Shown here: in pieces, positions 26,540 through 35,724 of the stretch
Numbering within the stretch: the stretch's first letter is position 1
Layout of the letters: each line of letters begins with the position of its first letter
IMG/VR virus record: IMGVR_UViG_3300037789_000103
Span: 1 to 40,277 of that record
Source of the DNA: a virus
Lineage: Duplodnaviria > Caudoviricetes
Reading direction: 5' to 3' (one strand)
DNA: 40,277 nucleotides
Program-made: the position numbers and the translations under genes
The notes under the pieces: model-generated
The model's database searches: none
The model's input: the letters and a program-made list of their open reading frames with translations, nothing else
What the model was told of the DNA's origin: nothing

Positions 26540-26818
26540 GACTACTGCGCGGCCTGTCCCACGAGTTGCCCAGAGTGTCCGCGCAACCTCCATAAACCGC
26601 TGACCCGTGAGGGCTGGCAGATCTGGGACCTGGTTCAACGATTGGGTGGTCAGTTGCGCGTCGCGGGTGGGATGAACGGCAGTGTTATTCTCGGATGGGA
26701 TATGACTGCGGCGCTCCAACTTGGCGCGGCGTTGAAAATTGAAGCCCTCATTCTCGCGGAACTCTTACCGCCGATTGAGGCGGTGATGGTGCGTAAGAGT
26801 GCTGAACGTCAGGCTTAG
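26495..26818 (+). CDS. gpT-like -1 frameshift extension of the tail chaperone (absent from the ORF track)
   Basis: The -1 frame is open for 107 codons: KRLTALADWEFGGGGDYCAACPTSCPECP...VRKSAERQA*. Confidence 0.8.
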   Translation, partial: KRLTALADWEFGGGGDYCAACPTSCPECPRNLHKPLTREGWQIWDLVQRLGGQLRVAGGMNGSVILGWDMTAALQLGAALKIEALILAELLPPIEAVMVRKSAERQA

Positions 26819-27105
26819 GCTGCCTCAAGAGGCGTGATACAGGAGACATCAATGGTCTCGCGCGCCCTGGCGAGATCCCAAGCGCGCTGCAGGTTCATCC
26901 AATACTCAGGTGTGGTTGAGAAGAACCGAGCCAAGCGCATCGCTGTGTCGACGGTGAGCGCGGTTTGTCCGCTGACCAGCCGTTCGATACGGGTGCGCGG
27001 GACTTGGAGGTGCTTGGCCAAAGCAATTGGGCTCATCTCAAGGGGAGTGAGATACAGCTCATGTAGGACTTCGCCTGGATGTGATGGGTTTAGCAAAAGG
27101 CTCAT
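26815..27105 (-). CDS. higA: HigA antitoxin
   Basis: HPGEVL, RLARFFSTTPEYWMNLQ. Confidence 0.92.
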   Translation of the reverse strand: MSLLLNPSHPGEVLHELYLTPLEMSPIALAKHLQVPRTRIERLVSGQTALTVDTAMRLARFFSTTPEYWMNLQRAWDLARARETIDVSCITPLEAA

Positions 27106-27114
27106 GTGTCCCTC

Positions 27115-27396
27115 CTAATGATAATCAACGATCTCGACTTCAGCGGGGCCTTGATCCGTCCAGATGAAGCAGATGCGCCATTGAGCATTGATGCGCACTG
27201 AATGTTGTCCTGCTCGGTCGCCACTCAAGGCTTCCAGGTGGTTGCCCGGTGGAAACCGTAAATCTTCAAGAGTTACGGCCGCGTCGAGAGCCGAGAGCAT
27301 GGCGCGTGTCCGTTTGGTCAGATCGGCCGGGAAGCCTTTTCTGAGACGGTCTTGGACCGCGCTTGCCGCAAGCTTTCCACGCGTCGAAATGATCAT
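27115..27396 (-). CDS. higB: HigB toxin
   Basis: DLRFPPGNHLEALSGDRAGQHSVRINAQWRICF..EIVDYH; toxin-first order. Confidence 0.92.
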   Translation of the reverse strand: MIISTRGKLAASAVQDRLRKGFPADLTKRTRAMLSALDAAVTLEDLRFPPGNHLEALSGDRAGQHSVRINAQWRICFIWTDQGPAEVEIVDYH

Positions 27397-27403
27397 GACA
27401 TAC

Positions 27404-27424
27404 ATGTATCACGCCATGATACAT
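27404..27424. promoter_or_regulatory. Palindromic operator of higBA
   Basis: ATGTATCA-CGCCA-TGATACAT directly upstream of higB. Confidence 0.65.
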
Positions 27425-27440
27425 AATGCAAGAGGTTACG

Positions 27441-29882
27441 ATGGCTGACAAACGTGTATCCGTCCGACTGTCGGCGACGGGTGGCCGCCAGGTGCGTTCT
27501 GAGTTGGAGGGGGTTGGTGCGTCTGGGGCAAAGGGCTTTGGGCGCCTGTCTCGGGAAATGGATCAGGCGAATGCGCGGATGGCAGCATTTGCTCGTCGCG
27601 CAAAATTGGCGGGGTGGGCGGCAGCGACGGCCCTGTCGGCCGCTGTCGTCTCGATGACCCGCTCGACGGTCTCTGCCGCCAATGAACTCTCACAACTCTC
27701 CCAAGTCGCCAATGCCAATCCAGAGGTCTTCCAGCGCTGGTCGGCGGCCTCCGCGACGGTCGGTATCGCGCAAGAAAAACTCGCCGATATTCTGAAGGAC
27801 GTGAACGATCGGGTCGGGGACTTTCTGCAGACGGGCGGTGGCCCGATGGCAGACTTTTTTGAAAACATTGCGCCCCGGGTCGGGGTGACGGCGGATCAGT
27901 TTGCGCGTTTGTCCGGCCCGGAGGCTTTGCAGCTTTATGTGGATAGTCTGCAAAAGGCGGGTGTGAACAGCCAAGAGATGACCTTTTATCTCGAGGCCAT
28001 GGCGTCGGACGCCACACGGCTTATTCCGCTTTTGCAAAACGGCGGCGCAGAAATGACCCGTCTTGGGGCGCAGGCCGAGAGGCTTGGTGCGGTCCTTGAT
28101 GCGGATGCTCTTGCAGCCCTACGGCGCTCAGAACTGGCCTTGGTGAGTATTGGGCAGGTCTTTACCGGTCTGCGCAATAAGGTTGCCGTTGCACTCGCAC
28201 CTTCCCTTGAGGCTGTCGCCAATGCCTTTGTGGCACTGGCCTCTGAGACCAGTCCGATTGCCAAGGCCTTTGACGCGGTGCTCTCCCACCTTGATCGACT
28301 GGCCATTTATGCCGGCACTTTTATCAGTTTTATGGCGGGGCGTTGGGTGGCGGGGATGGCTGCGGCGGCACTCTCGGTGCGAGGTCTGGCCACAACCTTG
28401 GTGGTGCTTAAAGGGGCGCTCATCCGTACAGGCATTGGGGCGCTGATCGTTGGGGCTGGGGAGTTGGTCTATTGGTTTACTCGACTGGCCTCGGGCGCAG
28501 GTGGCTTTGGGGAGGCCATGGGGCTTTTACAGGATTTGGCCCTTGAGGTGTGGGAGCGCCTCACCTTGGGAGCGCGCAGCGTGACTGCGCAGTGGGCTGC
28601 GATGTTTTTTGACATGACGCAGGGTGCGGCGGCGAGCCTGGCGGGGGCCATTGAGAGTGTGGTGAGCTTTGGCAATGTCACGGCCAATACCTTCGAGGGG
28701 GCTCTCTTGGCCATAAAGGAGATCTGGTCACGCTTGCCGGCAGTGATTGGGGATTTGGTCTATCGGGCTGCCAATCGCATGCTGCAGGGCATGGAAGCGA
28801 TGCTGAATGGGGCCATTGGGCGCATTGATGCTTTCACAGGTAAGATCCGAGAAGCTTTGGCGGCGATTGGAGTTGAAACCACCTTCGGCACCATTGGGGA
28901 AATCTCTCTGGGTGATATTGCCAACCCCTATGCGCAAGGGGCTCAGGAGGCGGGCCTTGCCGCCTCTGAGGCTTTCCGCAAAGCCTTTGAGGACAATCCA
29001 CTGGCGGTTCCGGACTTTGGTTTGGAGGGAATTGCGAGGGAGGCCCAAGCGGCGGCGGATCGATCGCGCGAGGCCGCGCAGGATTTGGCGCAGGGTGCGA
29101 TGGCCCCTCTGACCTCATGGCAGGCCTTGAAGGCGGCTGTGACAGGGGCTGGCGACGAGGGGGCGTCGGCGCTGGATGAGGCTTCGAACTCGGCTGATCG
29201 GCTTACCTCCGCTTTGGGATCTGCTGCTAGCACAGCCACATCGGCTGGGGCTCAGGTTTTGGCCGGATGGCGTGCTGTGCAGGAGGCGCTCACATCTTAT
29301 GCCACGGAGGCGTTGAACTGGGGTAAGGGTCTCGGCGAAACCCTAACAGGCGCCTTTGGCAGCGCGGAAAGCGCGTTCCGCAGTTTTGTAGAAACCGGCA
29401 AGTTTGACTTTAAAGGGCTTGTGCGCTCGATTTTATCAGACCTCGCGGTTCTGTCGTTCAAACGCGCCGTCTTGGGCCCGATTGCCTCAGCGCTCTCGGG
29501 CGTCTTCGGAGGCGGGTCGGTTGCAGCGGCCGTTTCTCACGCGGGAGGTATGGTTGGGCTGTCTGGGCATAGTCGCTCGGTTCCTACATTGGCCTTTGCT
29601 GCAGCCCCTCGCATGCATTCGGGCGGTTGGGCAGGTCTGCGCCCTGATGAGGTACCGACAATTTTGCAGCGCGGTGAGCGGGTGCTCAATCGGCGTGAGG
29701 CGGCAGACTATGGGCTCAGCGGTAACTCTGGTGCGGGCGTGGCCCTCAATATTGATGCTCGTGGGGCGCAGATGGGTGTGGCAGAGCAGATCGATCTTAA
29801 ACTTCGTGCAGCTATTCCCCAGATTGCCCGACTGGCCACTCAAACGGTCGCGGACAGTCGCAGGCGGGGGTATGGGTTATGA
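27441..29882 (+). CDS. Tail tape measure protein
   Basis: Long Ala-rich helical protein after the chaperone; MADKRVSVRL; C-terminal lambda-H-like region. Confidence 0.92.
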   Translation: MADKRVSVRLSATGGRQVRSELEGVGASGAKGFGRLSREMDQANARMAAFARRAKLAGWAAATALSAAVVSMTRSTVSAANELSQLSQVANANPEVFQRWSAASATVGIAQEKLADILKDVNDRVGDFLQTGGGPMADFFENIAPRVGVTADQFARLSGPEALQLYVDSLQKAGVNSQEMTFYLEAMASDATRLIPLLQNGGAEMTRLGAQAERLGAVLDADALAALRRSELALVSIGQVFTGLRNKVAVALAPSLEAVANAFVALASETSPIAKAFDAVLSHLDRLAIYAGTFISFMAGRWVAGMAAAALSVRGLATTLVVLKGALIRTGIGALIVGAGELVYWFTRLASGAGGFGEAMGLLQDLALEVWERLTLGARSVTAQWAAMFFDMTQGAAASLAGAIESVVSFGNVTANTFEGALLAIKEIWSRLPAVIGDLVYRAANRMLQGMEAMLNGAIGRIDAFTGKIREALAAIGVETTFGTIGEISLGDIANPYAQGAQEAGLAASEAFRKAFEDNPLAVPDFGLEGIAREAQAAADRSREAAQDLAQGAMAPLTSWQALKAAVTGAGDEGASALDEASNSADRLTSALGSAASTATSAGAQVLAGWRAVQEALTSYATEALNWGKGLGETLTGAFGSAESAFRSFVETGKFDFKGLVRSILSDLAVLSFKRAVLGPIASALSGVFGGGSVAAAVSHAGGMVGLSGHSRSVPTLAFAAAPRMHSGGWAGLRPDEVPTILQRGERVLNRREAADYGLSGNSGAGVALNIDARGAQMGVAEQIDLKLRAAIPQIARLATQTVADSRRRGYGL

Positions 29883-30472
29883 TCCCAGAGTTGCCTGTGA
29901 GTTGGGTGACCAGCCTCGAGCGTCGCTTAGTCACTGCTGTGAGTGTGAACACGTCCCCCTTTACTGGCACCCAAGAGGTGCAGGACTGGGGTGGGGAGTG
30001 GTGGGAGTATCAGGTGAGCCTTGCGATCTTGACCCCGCGCGATGGCAAGCGCGTTGCTGCCTTTTTTGCCGCTTTAGGTGGGGCGCGGGGGCGATTTATG
30101 TTCCGCGATCCAACGGCAGAGGCGCAAGGCGCGGTTGGCTCCGGTGTGGTCTCAGGCGCTGGTCAAACAGGGGCTGAGTTCTTGAGTGCAGGTTGGCTGC
30201 CGGAGACGGTGATTATGGAGGCAGGGGATCTCTTCTCCTTGGGATTTGAAGATCAAACCTGCCTCTATCAGGTCACCGCGGATGTGGTCTCAGATGCGGC
30301 CGGCATGGCGCGGCTTCCCATTGTTCCGAGCCTACGGTTCTCCCCTGTGAATGGAGAGGCGATCGAGCGTGAGGCGCCGAAAGTCTTGTTGCGTCTGACT
30401 GAGCCTGTGCCCGCTCAGATCGGGCGAGCGGGCAAATATCAATTTAGCTTTACAGCGCGGGAGGCCAGATGA
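29879..30472 (+). CDS. Distal tail protein-like
   Basis: SPFTGTQEVQDWGGEWW, LGGARGRFMFRDP; follows the tape measure gene. Confidence 0.7.
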   Translation: MIPELPVSWVTSLERRLVTAVSVNTSPFTGTQEVQDWGGEWWEYQVSLAILTPRDGKRVAAFFAALGGARGRFMFRDPTAEAQGAVGSGVVSGAGQTGAEFLSAGWLPETVIMEAGDLFSLGFEDQTCLYQVTADVVSDAAGMARLPIVPSLRFSPVNGEAIEREAPKVLLRLTEPVPAQIGRAGKYQFSFTAREAR

Positions 30473-31029
30473 GCCGAAGAGCGACGCAAGCGGTCTTGGA
30501 GGCCTTGGAGGCGCAAAGCTTACGACCGGCCATTCTCTTTGAGGGGGAATTCGCCTCCGGATGGGTGCGGGTTTGGACCGGGGATTTTGATCTTACTTGG
30601 GAGGGGCAGACCTGGATTGGCGCTGGTGCTCTCATTGGACTTGGGACCCTGGAGGACACCACGGATATTGTGGCATCGGGCACAGTGGTGTCGCTCTCGG
30701 GCGTACCGCTTGATCTGATCTCACTGGCGATTACCGAGGCTCGCCAAGGTAAGCCCGGCCGGATTTGGCTCGCACTCCTAACGCCCGACCGCGAAATCAT
30801 CGCCGATCCGTTGCAAGCCTTCTCGGGCCGCCTTGATGTGCCGGAGATCAGTGAAGATGGGGCAACCTGCACTATCACGCTCTCCTATGAAAGCAGGCTG
30901 ATTGATTTGGGGACCCCGCGCAGTTGGCGCTACACCCATGAAAGCCAACAGGCGCTCTATCCCGGGGATATGGGCTTTGAACATGTGACCGCAATCCAAG
31001 ATCGGGACATCACATGGGGCCGGGGATGA
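30469..31029 (+). CDS. Minor tail (hub) protein
   Basis: VRVWTG, ESRLIDL, YPGDMGFE..ITWG; ATGA coupling. Confidence 0.7.
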   Translation: MSRRATQAVLEALEAQSLRPAILFEGEFASGWVRVWTGDFDLTWEGQTWIGAGALIGLGTLEDTTDIVASGTVVSLSGVPLDLISLAITEARQGKPGRIWLALLTPDREIIADPLQAFSGRLDVPEISEDGATCTITLSYESRLIDLGTPRSWRYTHESQQALYPGDMGFEHVTAIQDRDITWGRG

Positions 31030-31430
31030 GAGTGCAGGGGTGGGAGCAGCGCCTCTTTGAAGCGCTCACATCGGCCCGTGCACGCCCCTTTGCATGGGGA
31101 GAGCACGATTGTGCCACCTGGGCCTTTGATCTGCGTGCGACACTTCAAGATGCACCCAGCGCAGCGGATCTCTGGCGCGGACGGTATCGCACGGCGCTCG
31201 GGGGTGCTCGACTGATGCGCAAACTGGGATGGGGGAGCTTAGAAGAGGGCGCACGGGCGCTTTTGGGTGATCCTTTAGAGGACGTGCGATTGGCGCAGCG
31301 CGGTGATCTGGTCTTGGGCGGTGCGCCTGAAGCCTTTGGGGTCGTGGTCGGGGCTGAGGTGGCCTTTGTTGGGCTTGCGGGTCTCGAGGTCGCGCCTCTC
31401 ACGCTGAGCCGATTGGCCTGGAGAACCTAG
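31026..31430 (+). CDS. NlpC/P60-like tail assembly protein (DUF6950-like)
   Basis: PFAWGEHDCATWA, AQRGDLV. Confidence 0.75.
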   Translation: MRVQGWEQRLFEALTSARARPFAWGEHDCATWAFDLRATLQDAPSAADLWRGRYRTALGGARLMRKLGWGSLEEGARALLGDPLEDVRLAQRGDLVLGGAPEAFGVVVGAEVAFVGLAGLEVAPLTLSRLAWRT

Positions 31431-31433
31431 ATC

Positions 31434-34028
31434 ATGCCTCCAGTGGTGATTGGCGCTGTGGCTCTTGGGGGAGCTGCAGTGGCGGCAGGTGGCCTGACGG
31501 CGGCCTTTGCAGCGGGAGGGCTTATTGGCTTTGCAGCCAACTTTGGCGCTTCCATGCTGCTCTCAGGCGCGGCGCAGTCTTTGATGCCGAGCCCGACGGT
31601 GGGGTCCATGGCATTACAGTCGCGCTCGGTGACGGTGCGCGAACCGGTGATGCCGCGCGATATGGTTTATGGGCGGGTGCGCAAAGGCGGTGTTCTCGTC
31701 TTTCTGCATTCCACGGGGGATGCGGATAAGGATCTGCATCTCGTCATTGTGCTGGCAGGACATCGGGTCAAATCCATTGGGGCGATTTATTTTGAAGGAG
31801 AGATGGCCTTTGATGCGGCAGGAGCGCCCATCGGTCGCTGGGCCAACAGCGCTTATGTCGAAAAGCGCCTTGGATCTGAAACGCAAACGGCCTTTGAGGG
31901 ATTGCGTGCGGCCGCACCGGAACATTGGACCGCAGCTCATCAGTTGCGGGGCTGTGCGGCGATCTATCTGCGCCTGACCTATGATGCGGATGTCTATCCG
32001 GGTGGCCTTCCAAATGTGACGGTGGATCTTGAGGGGAAAGACGACATCTATGATCCGCGGCTGGACCGCTACATCTATTCAGAAAACCCGGCGCTTTGTT
32101 TGGCAGATTATATGGCGAATCCCCGATTTGGCATTGGGGCGGGCATTGGAGCGGCGGATGGCCTTGAGGTCTCAAGCCTTATTGAGGCCGCCAATATTTG
32201 TGATGAAGAGGTGGCCCTTGAGGGTGGTGGGGGTGAGCCCCGCTACAGCTGTAATGGGGTGATCAGGCTCTCTGAGACGCCCAAGACTATCATTGAAGCG
32301 ATGCTCACCTCCATGGCGGGACGGGCTGTGTGGCAATCGGGGCAATGGCGTCTGAGGGCAGGAGCCTACCGGATACCGATTGAGGTTCTTACCCGTGATG
32401 ATCTGCGCGACGGTGGTCTGGCTCTGACGACGCGCCAAAGCCGCAGTGCGAGTTTTAATGCGGTGCGCGGGCAGTTTGTCTCGCCCGAGAACGCTTGGCA
32501 GCCAGATGACTTCCCGGCGGTCAGAAGTGAGGTCTACCGCACGGAAGACAATGGTGAAGAGGTGTGGCGGGATATTGCGCTGCCCTTTACAATCTCGGCC
32601 TCGATGGCACAGCGCTTGGCGAAGATCGAGTTGGAGCGACACAGGCGCCAACAGACCTTGAGGTTAAGTGGCAAACTGAAAGCTTGGCGCGTGGGGGCAG
32701 GAGAAACCGCGCTCTTTTATGATCCCCGTTGGGGCTTTGCAGGTGAGGGGTTTGAGAGCGGCAAGCCTTTCGAAGTGCTTTCAGTTCGATTGGATCTCTC
32801 GGGGTCAGGCGAGGGTGCGCGTTTGGTGCCAGAGCTGATCCTCAGAGAAACTTCTCCCCTGATTTACGACTGGGAGGCGAGTGAAGAACAGATTTACAAG
32901 GCGGCCCCACGCACAAACTTACCTTCGGCCTTTGATATTGAAGCACCGGGCGCCCCACAGGGGGAGGAAGAGCTTTATGTGACGCGGGATGGCTCTGCGG
33001 TGAAAGTGCTTCTGCGGGTGCGGTGGCTCGCGGCACCAAGTGGCTTTGTGGAGAGCTATCAATTTGAAGCGTGCCGTGATGGCGCGGAGTGGCAAGACTA
33101 TGGCCGGACGACTGGGACGGTGATGGAGATCCGCGACATTCGCCCCGGCGATTGGGACTTCCGAGTGAAGGCGCTCTCAGGACTGGGGGTGGCCTCGCCT
33201 TGGAGAGAGGGCACGCTCGAGGTTGTTGGTCTGACCGCGCCACCTGAGGCGCTCAGCGGGTTGACCATTCAAAGTGCTGGGGGCTTGGCGGTTCTCAAAT
33301 GGCACCGCTCGGTCGATGTTGATGTCCGCGTGGGCGGCAATATCATCATCCGCCATAGCAAAGAGCCGCTCGCCACCTGGGCCAATTCGGTCTTGATGGA
33401 TAGGGTCTCGGGCAGTGAGGCTATTGCGGTCGTACCCCTGAAGCCCGGCACATATCTCTTGCGGGCGGAAGACAGTGAAGGGCGGCTTGGACCTGTTGTG
33501 CAGGTCTCAACCAAGGCCGCGCAGATATTGGGCTTTACGGAACTGGCCTCTCTCACGGCGGATCCAGGGTTTGTTGGGGATAAGTCGGGTCTCTTGGTGG
33601 AATCCGGAACTTTACAGCTCGCCCAAGGTGTCGCTGCAGATGGAACACCGGAGGTGACGGCCCTTGAGGGGCTCTATTCCTTCAGTGAGCGATTGGAGTT
33701 TGAGGCTCTCAAACGCTTGCGCTTGCGGTCTGATATTTTGGTGGGGGCCTCGCGTCTCTCAGACGTCTTGGATGATCGTTTGGGCAAGATCGACACTTGG
33801 GCAGATTTTGACGGCTCCGAGGGCGCCGAGATTGATGTGGTTCTCGAGGTCCGAGAGACTGACGACGATCCCAACGGTGTTGATCCACTTTGGGGACCGT
33901 GGGGCCGGATCGATACCTCTGAAATCGAGGCACGCGCGGTCGAAGCACGGGCTTGGCTTCGGACAAAAGATCCAAGCTTTACACCCATTGTCTCCCATCT
34001 CCGTCTTATCGCTGAAGAGGTTATGTGA
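31434..34028 (+). CDS. Tail tip / host-specificity protein (J-like, FN3 domains)
   Basis: VYGRVRKGG, SENPALCLADY, FNAVRGQF, FN3-like YQFE...FRVKA. Confidence 0.85.
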   Translation: MPPVVIGAVALGGAAVAAGGLTAAFAAGGLIGFAANFGASMLLSGAAQSLMPSPTVGSMALQSRSVTVREPVMPRDMVYGRVRKGGVLVFLHSTGDADKDLHLVIVLAGHRVKSIGAIYFEGEMAFDAAGAPIGRWANSAYVEKRLGSETQTAFEGLRAAAPEHWTAAHQLRGCAAIYLRLTYDADVYPGGLPNVTVDLEGKDDIYDPRLDRYIYSENPALCLADYMANPRFGIGAGIGAADGLEVSSLIEAANICDEEVALEGGGGEPRYSCNGVIRLSETPKTIIEAMLTSMAGRAVWQSGQWRLRAGAYRIPIEVLTRDDLRDGGLALTTRQSRSASFNAVRGQFVSPENAWQPDDFPAVRSEVYRTEDNGEEVWRDIALPFTISASMAQRLAKIELERHRRQQTLRLSGKLKAWRVGAGETALFYDPRWGFAGEGFESGKPFEVLSVRLDLSGSGEGARLVPELILRETSPLIYDWEASEEQIYKAAPRTNLPSAFDIEAPGAPQGEEELYVTRDGSAVKVLLRVRWLAAPSGFVESYQFEACRDGAEWQDYGRTTGTVMEIRDIRPGDWDFRVKALSGLGVASPWREGTLEVVGLTAPPEALSGLTIQSAGGLAVLKWHRSVDVDVRVGGNIIIRHSKEPLATWANSVLMDRVSGSEAIAVVPLKPGTYLLRAEDSEGRLGPVVQVSTKAAQILGFTELASLTADPGFVGDKSGLLVESGTLQLAQGVAADGTPEVTALEGLYSFSERLEFEALKRLRLRSDILVGASRLSDVLDDRLGKIDTWADFDGSEGAEIDVVLEVRETDDDPNGVDPLWGPWGRIDTSEIEARAVEARAWLRTKDPSFTPIVSHLRLIAEEVM

Positions 34029-34053
34029 GGTCAGACATGCGCTGTTCGCTGAA

Positions 34054-34108
34054 GTTATCCACAGGCCAATAGCTGCCTATGCTGCGTTATGCACAGAGTT
34101 GTGCACAG
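34054..34108 (+). promoter_or_regulatory. Cluster of three DnaA-box-like direct repeats
   Basis: TTATCCACA (34055), TTATGCACA (34087), TTGTGCACA (34099), each flanked by G on both sides. Confidence 0.65.
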
Positions 34109-34122
34109 ATTGAGGAAACAGG

Positions 34123-34353
34123 ATGACCCAAGTTCCAAGCTTTGTGATCATCAATGATAATGGCGCTGCGGTGCGTGCGCAGATCAACCAAGTTCTGCGA
34201 GCGGTTCACTCCACCAATGCCGGTGAAGCGGAGCCCCCTGCAACGGCGCCAGGCATGCTTTGGGTTGATCAGAGCACCTCACCGCCGACCCTTAAAATAC
34301 GCAATCCGGCCGATAGCCTGTTTGAGGCGCTTTTGGATGGTGGGGAATACTAG
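34123..34353 (+). CDS. Small tail-fibre adaptor-like protein
   Basis: GAGG RBS; NGAAVRAQIN, PGMLWVD..LKIRN; ends LDGGEY. Confidence 0.7.
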   Translation: MTQVPSFVIINDNGAAVRAQINQVLRAVHSTNAGEAEPPATAPGMLWVDQSTSPPTLKIRNPADSLFEALLDGGEY

Positions 34354-34362
34354 GACGACGAC

Positions 34363-34653
34363 TTATGTGTCTGTGCGTGACTGTGCGGCTTTATAGACCG
34401 CGTTCCGTTCGCGCTTACCAACAGCCACGACCGTGACTGTAATGGTACTGTCTTCGACACGATAAACGAGCCGATAGCCGGCGCTGCGGAGTTTAATTTT
34501 GTAGTGGTTTGGCATGCCATGCAGGAGGTCTGCGGGAACATGTGGGGTATTGAGCCGTTCAATCAGCTTCTTTTTGAATTGCGTTTTTAGGGTCGAGCCG
34601 AGTTTCTCCCATTCTTTGAGAGCGGAGGGCAAGAATTGAAGGTCATAACTCAT
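34363..34653 (-). CDS. relE: RelE/StbE toxin
   Basis: YDLQFLPSALKEWEKL, YKIKLRSAGYRLVY, VAVGKRE. Confidence 0.92.
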   Translation of the reverse strand: MSYDLQFLPSALKEWEKLGSTLKTQFKKKLIERLNTPHVPADLLHGMPNHYKIKLRSAGYRLVYRVEDSTITVTVVAVGKRERNAVYKAAQSRTDT

Positions 34654-34888
34654 CCAGGCTGATCCGAATGGGCTGTTCATCGGCACGGTCTTGAATTGTT
34701 TTTGCGAGATCCAGATCGTCAAGGCGTTCCATCATTGCCTCAAACCGCGCTGCTGGCACCATGTAGGCCATGACGCGATTGTGGTTCAGGACGGCTACGG
34801 CTTGACCATCTGCTTGCGCCATCACCTGTGATGGATTTTTCTTGAGGTCAGAGACGCTGATCGCGATATCGGCTTCGACGCGTTGCAT
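34643..34888 (-). CDS. Phd/YefM (StbD-like) antitoxin
   Basis: SVSDLKKNP, VAVLNHN..AYMVP; upstream palindrome GGTCT-AAAAAC-AGACC. Confidence 0.88.
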   Translation of the reverse strand: MQRVEADIAISVSDLKKNPSQVMAQADGQAVAVLNHNRVMAYMVPAARFEAMMERLDDLDLAKTIQDRADEQPIRISLDEL

Positions 34889-34985
34889 GATGGCTTGGCC
34901 CGAATTGGTCTAAAAACAGACCTGAATATAGATCTAAATTACAATAAAGCAAGTGGCCTTGCCCAATGGGCAGTAGGAGGTGACC

Positions 34986-35297
34986 ATGCCTGAAACAGGC
35001 TTTCTAGAGACCTTAAATGGTTTTTTTGGCGGAACACTGACCACATTGATCGGCGCCTTTACGGGGCGACTGATGTGGCACTCAGGCGAGGTCAAACTGG
35101 GTAATCGCAAGTTCTTTGGCAAAGAGCTTTTATGGGAAATCCCTGTGGCCATAGGGATGGCCATTATTGGGGAGGCGATTGCGAGTTATTGGGGCTTGGG
35201 CCAACCGGTGCGCACGGGGCTTGTGGCCACGCTTGCTTACTTGGGACCGCGCGGGGCGGAAGCGCTTTTGACGGCATGGTTTTGCCGTAAAAGATAG
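34986..35297 (+). CDS. Holin (LydA-like)
   Basis: Small multi-TM protein with basic C-terminus, AYLGPRG; GGAGG RBS; upstream of the endolysin. Confidence 0.75.
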   Translation: MPETGFLETLNGFFGGTLTTLIGAFTGRLMWHSGEVKLGNRKFFGKELLWEIPVAIGMAIIGEAIASYWGLGQPVRTGLVATLAYLGPRGAEALLTAWFCRKR

Positions 35298-35311
35298 TGG
35301 ATTGGTCTCCT

Positions 35312-35340
35312 CTTGATACCTGGGGTGCATTGCCCCATGT
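35312..35340 (+). promoter_or_regulatory. RpoH/sigma32-type promoter
   Basis: CTTGAT-N15-CCCCATGT, 28 nt before ATG 35369. Confidence 0.65.
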
Positions 35341-35368
35341 AACACGCGCAAAGGCATGGGAGGCACAG

Positions 35369-35617
35369 ATGTCATCTGAGATCACTTTGACCCCAATTGT
35401 GGACCAGTTGCGCAGTGTCACGGATAAAGTGGCTTTGGTGCGTGACCTTGTCCTGGAACATGGTGGGTTTTGGCAAGATCCAGAAAATCAGACCGGTCTT
35501 TTTGAAATCCAATTAGCAGGCCTCGCTGGCATTGGGCCTTCCGCGGCGGCTGCAGTTGAAGATTGGCTAGCGCAGGCGATGACCTTTTTGTCGGGCCATC
35601 AAGAGGAGGCCTACTGA
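35369..35617 (+). CDS. Hypothetical protein (82 aa)
   Basis: GGAGG RBS; own promoter upstream and terminator downstream. Confidence 0.7.
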   Translation: MSSEITLTPIVDQLRSVTDKVALVRDLVLEHGGFWQDPENQTGLFEIQLAGLAGIGPSAAAAVEDWLAQAMTFLSGHQEEAY

Positions 35618-35693
35618 GGGCGATGTGATCGTCGCGTGACGATCAGGGCGTGCGCACAAGGCAGCCCCAAAGAGTGAAAACGAATGAAACCAC

Positions 35694-35724
35694 AGCCGCT
35701 CCATTTGGGGCGGCTTTTTGTTTT
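35694..35724 (+). terminator. Intrinsic terminator before the endolysin
   Basis: AGCCGCTCC-ATTT-GGGGCGGCT followed by TTTTGTTTT. Confidence 0.7.

Noticed and set aside
34980-34988. Holin/antiholin dual start (GTG-ACC-ATG)
   Set aside because: The RBS abuts the GTG and the extension has no basic residue, unlike lambda S107
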